Shown: piece by piece, positions 36,140 through 43,063 of the stretch
Position numbering within the stretch: position 1 is the stretch's first letter
Layout: each line of letters opens with the position of its first letter
Source: Patescibacteria group bacterium
GTDB taxonomy: Bacteria > Patescibacteriota > Minisyncoccia > Phycocordibacterales > VMEP01
Direction: 5' to 3'
Assembly (NCBI GenBank): GCA_038064715.1
Contig: JBBTSJ010000037.1
Location: 1 to 52,666, forward strand
DNA: 52,666 bases
The notes under the pieces: generated by a model
What the model saw: the letters and a program-made list of their open reading frames with translations, nothing else
The model's database searches: none
What the model was told of the DNA's origin: nothing
Position numbers and translations under genes: made by a program

Positions 36140-36727
36140 ATGCAAGGTAGCATTAAAGAATCAATTGCGGTTAAAGAGAGTCTGCTCAAAGACCAAATTG
36201 CTCTTAAAGCGCTTGGAAGTATTGCGGATGCGTTAAAGGATGTTTACCGGAGAGGGGGGAAGATTCTTATCGCGGGGAATGGAGGAAGCGCTGCCGACGC
36301 GCAGCACTTTGCCGCGGAGATTACGTGCCAGTATAAAGCGGTTCGGAAGGGATATCCGGCAATCGCTCTCCATACTGATACTTCCGCGCTTACCGCGTGG
36401 GGAAACGATAAAAGTTTTGAAACATTCTTTGGGCGGCAGGTTGAAGCGCTTGGTCAAAAAGGCGACGCGCTTATTGTTATTTCAACAAGCGGGAATTCCG
36501 CGGATTTGCTCTATGCCGTGGAGCAGGCGAAGAAGGGGGGACTGCAAGTATTCGCGCTTCTTGGCCGGGACGGCGGCAAACTCAAGGCGGAAGGCCTGTG
36601 CGATGAGGTTATTATTGTGCCTTCTCAAAATACTCCCCGCATTCAGGAATGCCACATTATGCTCATTCATATTATATGCGAAGCGCTTGATACTTTTCTT
36701 GTAGCACTCGACCAAAAAAATAATTAG
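36140..36727 (+). CDS. gmhA: D-sedoheptulose-7-phosphate isomerase (SIS domain)
   Basis: ILIAGNGGSAADAQHFAAE and ISTSGNS signatures, ~195 aa. ATG at 36140 (the track starts at TTG 36122). Confidence 0.9.
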   Translation: MQGSIKESIAVKESLLKDQIALKALGSIADALKDVYRRGGKILIAGNGGSAADAQHFAAEITCQYKAVRKGYPAIALHTDTSALTAWGNDKSFETFFGRQVEALGQKGDALIVISTSGNSADLLYAVEQAKKGGLQVFALLGRDGGKLKAEGLCDEVIIVPSQNTPRIQECHIMLIHIICEALDTFLVALDQKNN

Positions 36728-36757
36728 ATTAAGCTTGAAAGTTTTTGTAAATGAAAT

Positions 36758-36790
36758 AAAAAAAGCGCCCTCTCCGTAAGGAGTGGGCGC
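36758..36790 (-). terminator. Rho-independent terminator for the minus-strand gene (possibly bidirectional)
   Basis: gcgccctctcc gtaa ggagtgggcgc hairpin. The A7 run on the + side gives a T7 run after the hairpin on the - strand. Confidence 0.7.
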
Positions 36791-36823
36791 GTGTTACTGA
36801 TGCGATGAAGCTTGTTGCCGGGT

Positions 36824-37858
36824 TTAGCCGATGAGACCGGCCACGATTTTTTCCACCGCATTTTCGAACTTCGACGCGGAGAAATTGGCTTCTTGAGCGC
36901 GGAACATTCTCCGCAACACCTCGCTATCCGGCTTGAGGAGCAATCTCATTGCGAGCTCCAGGTCGACAGGCTCTTTGACGAGTTGCGAAGCTCCGAACCT
37001 TGTCGGTGGCCAGAAATCAAGGCCGCTCAGTTCCTCCCAAAACAGCTGGTCAATCGGATGAACCAAATCAATCACTGGCTTGCGCAAGCATGCCGCCATG
37101 ATTCCGACTGAGGAACCACCGGCCGCCACGACAAGGTCGCTGCCAGTGAGCATTTCCTGCGACGACAGCCCAATCTCACGTCCGGCAAACTGGACAGGAC
37201 AGCTGGCCCATTTCAGTATGCCGTCGTAGACATCCTTGCCGTGGTCGGCGCCGGGATGCATGGTGAGTACCATGTGAATTTTCTCGAGCTCACGCCCGGT
37301 CATCACCAGGTCGGTGTACAGAGCCACATTGCGTTCGAGCTCCTTGTTGCCGACGGCCAGAACCATTTTTTCATCCGGCTTGATGCCCAGCTTGCTACGG
37401 ACTTCCTTGCGACTTACCGTCGCTTTGAAGAACTCTGTCCAGTAGGGATTGCCGGAAGGGATAATCCTGGTGGTTGCATTCACGTACCGTCTGGCCGTTT
37501 CAACCTCCTGTTCATCGGTTACGAACAGTATGTCGGTTTTGGTCATGAGGTCCGTGAACCACGGGCGATGGTACATGCCGTAGATGTCCGAGAACACGGC
37601 GACAGGAACTCCCAATCGCTTGGCTTCCGTGAACGCATGTCTTTCCTCGAGTACTCTGTTCGTGGCCGAGGAGACGCTCATGAGCAGACGGTCTGCGCCG
37701 ATGAGAGCCACGCTAACCTTGTCGAGATTGCCGTCGGGAAGGGGTTTGCCCATTCCGAGGAACATCTCTACATTGTGCCCCAAGCTTTTGAGTTTCTCGC
37801 CGATAATCCGGAGAGAATTCCCCGGGCCGACGTCTTGCGTTACAATAACGATTTTCAC
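36824..37858 (-). CDS. GT-B/Rossmann-like protein of unknown specificity, GC-rich relative to its neighbours
   Basis: GTG 37858 lies 5 nt after GGAGG and gives MKIVIVTQD (the track starts at TTG 37888). The C-terminal DLVVAAGGSSVGIMAACLRKPVIDL resembles a nucleotide-sugar-binding GT-B motif. Confidence 0.55.
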   Translation of the reverse strand: MKIVIVTQDVGPGNSLRIIGEKLKSLGHNVEMFLGMGKPLPDGNLDKVSVALIGADRLLMSVSSATNRVLEERHAFTEAKRLGVPVAVFSDIYGMYHRPWFTDLMTKTDILFVTDEQEVETARRYVNATTRIIPSGNPYWTEFFKATVSRKEVRSKLGIKPDEKMVLAVGNKELERNVALYTDLVMTGRELEKIHMVLTMHPGADHGKDVYDGILKWASCPVQFAGREIGLSSQEMLTGSDLVVAAGGSSVGIMAACLRKPVIDLVHPIDQLFWEELSGLDFWPPTRFGASQLVKEPVDLELAMRLLLKPDSEVLRRMFRAQEANFSASKFENAVEKIVAGLIG

Positions 37859-37995
37859 TTTGACCTCCGTTGAGTGGTGAAAAATCAAAAAATCAAAAAA
37901 AGAAGAACAATCTAAACATCGTCCACTATTGTATACTATATCTTGTGTTTTGTCAATGGCTCGTAATGGCTTAAAAACTTAGTGTTTTTGGACAT

Positions 37996-39801
37996 ATGCA
38001 TTTTGAGTGGCGGATATATATGATAATATGTGCCAATATGAAAAATGAGTCGGTTTTAGTAATTTTTGGCGGAGATTTTCCGCCCAGTGGGATATTATCC
38101 AAGCGTCAACATGATGTCATAATTGCTGACGAGAAACTGCGGCAACATATTGAAGATACTGGTTTCAAATTCATTCCGATCGGACCGCTTATTGAGGCCG
38201 GTAGCATTCATGATGCAAGCGCTTTTCTCGAAGAACTTTCTTACTTGAAACTTGCTGATGGCTCACGTTTGGCAAAATCTTTTGAATATAAAGGCTATGA
38301 GTTGTGGTGGACGCATTATGACAGTCTTTTTATATACTTTTGCCTGCCTTATACGCAATATAAAAAATTGCTTGAGTACCTGAAAAGTTTTCGCGCGGTA
38401 TCTTTTTATAAGCCTCCTTTTATAAGCCTCTTCTCTTGTTACCTTAAAGCGCACGGATGCCAGGTCTCTCTCCTTCGCGGGTTGGGGGTAAATACGTCCT
38501 TGTCTCTTACATTTGGTATTTTTCTTCAAATTGCGCTCACCATCCTTTGCTTGCCGGTTTTAATGTTAAGGAACCGCCGCCTTATGATATTTATCGGCGA
38601 TAAATTTGAAAAATCTCAAGACTATGATTTTAGAACGAAATTCATTTACGAAGAGCTTCGGCGGAAAAACATTCCTTTTGTTGAGTTTATAAGAAGTTTA
38701 GGGTCTTGGAAAATAGTGTTGGAACATTTCTTTATAAGAAAACGGCCAGTTGTTTACTCCGAAGCGGTAGTTTTTATCGGACGAATTGCGAGCGTTATTT
38801 CAGGTGGAAGGCGCCGCGCTTTGCAGGAATTTGACTCTCGCACGTTTGCTTTGGGAAAAGACCCAGAGACGAAGTTTAAGCTTTTGGTTGCCACTCAATA
38901 TCTTCTTGGCGTGTATGACGACATATGGGCTATAAGAATTATGAAATGGATCTTACGCGCGGTTGGAATCAAGGTGTCTTTTATAGCAGCAACGTCAGAG
39001 CGTAATTTCCATACTGTTTTGGGCTGCAAATTAAATGGAATGCCGACAGTTGGCATTATGCATGGTGTCCAAATTCGGGACTACAATGTCTATGATTTCC
39101 TTCCCGGTTTTGATGGCGTTAAAAGGTTAACAGTCGATAAGTTCGGCCTCTGGAGCGAGTGGTGGAAAGAATATTATATCAAAAACAGTAAAGCATATGG
39201 CCGGGAGCAATTGTATGTGTCAGGCCCCATGAGACCGCTCTTGAAAAACAGTAACACCGAACCTGTCCCGGCGGAAACACCGGGTGGTATAACGCGCGTC
39301 CTGTTTGTTTCTGAAGAAATGGCTATACCAAGCGAAATATTACCTTACCTTAATGAATTATTGCGACAGAAGGATATGGAATTAACCATTAAGTTCCGTC
39401 CCACCAGAGATGGATTTGAAGAGTGGCTTTTGCAGAATGAACCGGCGATTCTGAAGAGCCAGAATTTAAAGATAGCTAAGGGGAATATGCAGGAGGCAAT
39501 TAGAAACACCGACGTGGCAGTGGGATGCCAAAGTACGGGTGTCATAGAGTCATTGCTTCAGCTTAAGACTCCCATTTATTTCCGGACACGGAAGTGGGGC
39601 GACTACTACAGTCTTAAAGAATATGACAAGAATCATTCCTTTTTTGCGGAAAGCCCGAAAGAGCTTATAGAAAAAATTAAAAACGCCCGGTCGGTGCCGA
39701 TAGAAGCCCTCGAAGATTTGCAAGAGAGATATTTCGGCGACCCGTACGAGAATGGAAGCAAATGGGTTGTTGAACAATTAGGAAAATGCATAACAGATTG
39801 A
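37996..39801 (+). CDS. Putative polysaccharide biosynthesis GT-B protein (Capsule_synth/KpsS-like or TagF-like C-terminal half)
   Basis: RVLFVSEE.., KFRPTRD, DVAVGCQSTGVIESLLQLKTPIYF resemble the ..NST.G.EAL..GkPV pattern. There is one central TM segment. ATG 38038 is an alternative start. Confidence 0.5.
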   Translation: MHFEWRIYMIICANMKNESVLVIFGGDFPPSGILSKRQHDVIIADEKLRQHIEDTGFKFIPIGPLIEAGSIHDASAFLEELSYLKLADGSRLAKSFEYKGYELWWTHYDSLFIYFCLPYTQYKKLLEYLKSFRAVSFYKPPFISLFSCYLKAHGCQVSLLRGLGVNTSLSLTFGIFLQIALTILCLPVLMLRNRRLMIFIGDKFEKSQDYDFRTKFIYEELRRKNIPFVEFIRSLGSWKIVLEHFFIRKRPVVYSEAVVFIGRIASVISGGRRRALQEFDSRTFALGKDPETKFKLLVATQYLLGVYDDIWAIRIMKWILRAVGIKVSFIAATSERNFHTVLGCKLNGMPTVGIMHGVQIRDYNVYDFLPGFDGVKRLTVDKFGLWSEWWKEYYIKNSKAYGREQLYVSGPMRPLLKNSNTEPVPAETPGGITRVLFVSEEMAIPSEILPYLNELLRQKDMELTIKFRPTRDGFEEWLLQNEPAILKSQNLKIAKGNMQEAIRNTDVAVGCQSTGVIESLLQLKTPIYFRTRKWGDYYSLKEYDKNHSFFAESPKELIEKIKNARSVPIEALEDLQERYFGDPYENGSKWVVEQLGKCITD

Positions 39802-41598
39802 TTAGTGTGTCTTGGTATCAGCTAATTTTGTAATTAAATAATTTTCTAAAACCAGATAATCCATTTTGGTGGCCAAAAATGTCCTTACAGCATCCTCTGG
39901 AGTTTCCACAATAGGCTCGCCGCCGAGATTAAAGGAAGTATTTAAAATTAAAGGCACTTGCGTCAGGCCGTAAAAATTTTTAACCAAATCATAATAACGG
40001 CCATTGACAGCCGGGGTGAGAGTTTGAATTCGACAAGTTCCATCAACATGAGTAACTGACGGGATTTTACCTTGCTTATCCTTTTTTACGTTAGCGGCTA
40101 GCATCATGAAGGGGCTCTTACCGTTGAATTCAAAAAAGTCGCCAACTTTTTCCTCCAATACCGAAGCGGCAAACGGCCGCCACGGCTCGCGATGCTTAAC
40201 TTTTAGATTCAACACATCTCTCATGTCGCTTCGTCTGGTATCGCACAAAATCGAACGATGTCCAAGAGCGCGCGGCCCGTATTCCGCGCCGCCGTAAAAC
40301 CAACCGATAATTTTACCCCCGGCTATTAAACCGGCAACTTCGGCGGCAATGTTTGAGGACTTGAAATAAACCAGTTGACCCGCTTTTTCCTTCAATGCCG
40401 TCAGAATTTCAGCTTCGGAATAGGAACGTCCCAATGAAGCGCTTTTCATTTCGTAAAATCGCGGCTGACCGGCAATAATGTGGCATCCATATAGCGCGAG
40501 ACCAAGAGGGATTCCCGCGTCTGATGAGGCGGGCTGGACGAAGATATTTTTAAAGCCAACCTCATCGAGGAAGTTCATGTTGGCGTCAATGTTGAGTCCG
40601 CAACCGCCCGCTACACAAAGATTTTGAGATCCGGTGATGTTTTTTAATTGATTTCCGAACAATATCGCCACCCTTTCGAATATTTTTTGAGCCGCATAGG
40701 CAAGAGAGGAGTAATAGACATCAGGCAGTTTTTCGTCTCCACGTTTCGGTTTTTCTAATTTGATTTCAGGAAAAATATCTACTTCAAAAGTCCCGTCCCT
40801 AGTAAGATGTTTTTGCATAAACCGGACCACAGGCCGCAAAAAAAGGGCTAATCGATGCTTGATCCGAGGCCTCATATTTTTGAGGTCGCGTATTCTGCGT
40901 GAAATTGGAGCCGCAGGATAGCTAATATTGCTATTACATAACACATGACTGTTGTATTCTCGGCACCACTCGTCATACGGATGCGCCCGCAAGACCGAAT
41001 CGTTTCCGTAGGAAGCCAGACCCATTAACTTCCCTTCATTGAGAAGGCCTAAATTACAATAGTCCGTGATGAGTGAGTACAGCTTACCGATGCCGAAGGT
41101 GTACGGGAAAAATCTATCCTCCCGCAGGTGAAGATTTTTTCTGATTTCATAGAGACGGTTGTTTCGTCCGGAATACAGCGTATCGGTTTCGGTTGCATAC
41201 ACGCCAAGATGAGTGGCGAATTTTTCCCCGGTACCGTCATAGACGAGCGTGGCAGCTTCACCAAATGGGGAACAAAAAAATGCTGAAGCGGCATGGGCAT
41301 CGTGATGGTTAATGACATGCGTCTTTGCTCGAGAAAAAACGCCATTGGTTTCCCTGTTAAAAATTTCCAATGGCCGCGTTTTGGAGCGCAGGTTAGTCTG
41401 ATCCATCAGCACCATATCGATATCGGCGGGTTTTAGGCCGAAATGATTCAAGCAGTAGTCGATGGATAGACGGGGAAACATATTCGACGAATGCTTAATC
41501 CGATTGAGCCGCTCTTCCGCAAGGGCCACCACGCGTTGGCCAGAGATTAGAGCTGCTCCGGTATTGTGACCCGTAACTTTAACGCCAAGAATATTCAT
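39802..41598 (-). CDS. NodU/CmcH-family carbamoyltransferase
   Basis: MNILGVKVTGHNTGAALISGQRVVALAEERLNRIKH, HHDAHAASAFF, and the YrdC/Kae1-like C-terminal part. ATG at 41598 (the track starts at TTG 41613). Confidence 0.9.
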   Translation of the reverse strand: MNILGVKVTGHNTGAALISGQRVVALAEERLNRIKHSSNMFPRLSIDYCLNHFGLKPADIDMVLMDQTNLRSKTRPLEIFNRETNGVFSRAKTHVINHHDAHAASAFFCSPFGEAATLVYDGTGEKFATHLGVYATETDTLYSGRNNRLYEIRKNLHLREDRFFPYTFGIGKLYSLITDYCNLGLLNEGKLMGLASYGNDSVLRAHPYDEWCREYNSHVLCNSNISYPAAPISRRIRDLKNMRPRIKHRLALFLRPVVRFMQKHLTRDGTFEVDIFPEIKLEKPKRGDEKLPDVYYSSLAYAAQKIFERVAILFGNQLKNITGSQNLCVAGGCGLNIDANMNFLDEVGFKNIFVQPASSDAGIPLGLALYGCHIIAGQPRFYEMKSASLGRSYSEAEILTALKEKAGQLVYFKSSNIAAEVAGLIAGGKIIGWFYGGAEYGPRALGHRSILCDTRRSDMRDVLNLKVKHREPWRPFAASVLEEKVGDFFEFNGKSPFMMLAANVKKDKQGKIPSVTHVDGTCRIQTLTPAVNGRYYDLVKNFYGLTQVPLILNTSFNLGGEPIVETPEDAVRTFLATKMDYLVLENYLITKLADTKTH

Positions 41599-41650
41599 AC
41601 CTTGAAGATACAACGAAAAATTATATTTGGAAACCCCATCCTATCCGTTA

Positions 41651-41713
41651 TTTCGTCTAGCGAGGATCGCGTGTGAATGTAATCATTCACACGGCGTCCG
41701 AGTGAAGACGAAA
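41651..41713 (+). repeat. GCGAG/CCGAG hairpin element, copy G
   Basis: tttcgtct-AGCGAGGATCGC-[gtgtgaatg TAAT cattcacac]-GGCGTCCGAGTGA-agacgaaa. The inner stem is almost identical to copy A. Confidence 0.75.
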
Positions 41714-41721
41714 CATTGTAC

Positions 41722-42987
41722 CTAGTTATATTTCGGATTTTTAAATCGCCACATGGCTATGTTGATTAACATGCCGACGAAAGATACCGCGACATATGCG
41801 AGCACCAAGCCCATAATTCCTCCCCAGATACCCAAGACCACATAGAGAAGTATTTTTATGACAACTTGAATAAGACTGGTGGTAAAAATCGTCCCTGATA
41901 ATTTTTGAGAAACCAGAAGCAAGCTGATGTAGCGATTGGGCATCGCGAAGACAAGACCGATTGCCAGAATTTGTGAATAAAAAACTCCATCCAGATATTG
42001 TGGCAGTAAATATTTAAACAAATATGGCGAGAATAATATGTAGAAAAATGCCACAATGGCGCCGATAAACATGCCTTGTAAAATTCTTTTATAAAAAACG
42101 GTATTTATTTCTTCGGGCATCTTCGTGGCGAACTTCGGAGAACCTAAACCGACCCACACTTTTATGAAAGAAGTTAATCTTCCGGGAACAGCCATGGCCA
42201 GAGAGTAAGTGGCGAGTTGAGCAGGACCCCAGAAATGGGCAAGAATGATTTTGTCGATTTGGGAAGTGAGGGGTTCAATGAATCCTATGAAAGTGAGTCG
42301 CCGACCATATTTTAGCGTTTCCCCGGCTTCCGCTACGGGCGGTTTGAATTTACGCAAAATAACAATATAGAAAAAGAGAGTTGACGCGAAAGTGGTAACG
42401 GCGTAAGCGGTGATGAGCCAGAAGACTTCCCCGCTAAACAAAATTGCGGCCAGCATTCCCGCGGCATACATGAAGCTCGAGATGACGCTTGAAATGTTGG
42501 CAAACTTGAACTCTTTCTTTCCCTCAAGATATGCGCCGTAAGTATTTAAGGCAAGGGTGAACGGGACGAATATGCCCAAAATCAAAAAAGATGTCGCGAA
42601 GAGGGAATTGCCGTTTACGAAATAATATCCACCGAGGACAAAGAAGGTCGTGAACATCAAAAGGTTCCACTTGAATTGATATCTGACGGAAGTTCGTAAC
42701 GCGCCCTCATGCCCGGTTGCCACGGCTCTCGCAACGGCGCTGTTCATCCCGTTAAGCGCGAAGACGTTCAACACGCCCGCCAGAGAAAGAATATATCGGT
42801 AGGTACCGTATGTTTCTTTCGGTAAATAGTTTGCAAAGAAAATTATTAAAATAAGCGAAATGATGCTTGAGAATGTTTGACCAAAGGTCATCCAAAAACC
42901 GCCCTTGGCCAGGTAGAGCATGTCCGTCTTGGTATATCTCTCGCTCCAGCGTAAAATGCCGACTGTCTTTAGTTTGAGTTTTTCCAT
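41722..42987 (-). CDS. Wzx-like oligosaccharide flippase (MOP/PST family)
   Basis: 421 aa, about 12 hydrophobic helices, N-terminal ..YLAKGGFWMTFGQTFSSIISLILIIFFANYL typical of PST flippases. Confidence 0.82.
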   Translation of the reverse strand: MEKLKLKTVGILRWSERYTKTDMLYLAKGGFWMTFGQTFSSIISLILIIFFANYLPKETYGTYRYILSLAGVLNVFALNGMNSAVARAVATGHEGALRTSVRYQFKWNLLMFTTFFVLGGYYFVNGNSLFATSFLILGIFVPFTLALNTYGAYLEGKKEFKFANISSVISSFMYAAGMLAAILFSGEVFWLITAYAVTTFASTLFFYIVILRKFKPPVAEAGETLKYGRRLTFIGFIEPLTSQIDKIILAHFWGPAQLATYSLAMAVPGRLTSFIKVWVGLGSPKFATKMPEEINTVFYKRILQGMFIGAIVAFFYILFSPYLFKYLLPQYLDGVFYSQILAIGLVFAMPNRYISLLLVSQKLSGTIFTTSLIQVVIKILLYVVLGIWGGIMGLVLAYVAVSFVGMLINIAMWRFKNPKYN

Positions 42988-43063
42988 GTATTTTCAAATA
43001 CTAATGTATACAACGGTTTTTTCCTAGTCATTGGTTACATTGTATAGTATAGTGGTAAATATT

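Noticed and set aside
36240-36704. 154-aa alternative-frame ORF inside gmhA
   Set aside because: The gmhA frame carries unmistakable SIS/GmhA signatures. The alternative frame is Arg/Leu-rich shadow sequence.
18891-36727. Lipopolysaccharide core biosynthesis (GT9 + GmhA + KdsB-like)
   Set aside because: No lipid A (lpx), KdsA or Waa-type core set is visible. These families also occur in capsule and S-layer glycan pathways, so an LPS call is unsupported.
37241-37880. Plus-strand ORFs 37241-37873 and 37584-37880
   Set aside because: These are shadow ORFs antisense to the GC-rich minus-strand gene. High GC suppresses stop codons, and no motifs are present.
12148-41713. Integron attC sites separating gene cassettes
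   Set aside because: I could not find RYYYAAC / GTTRRRY core sites at the element ends. No intI-like integrase is present. Most genes in the array have no such element between them.
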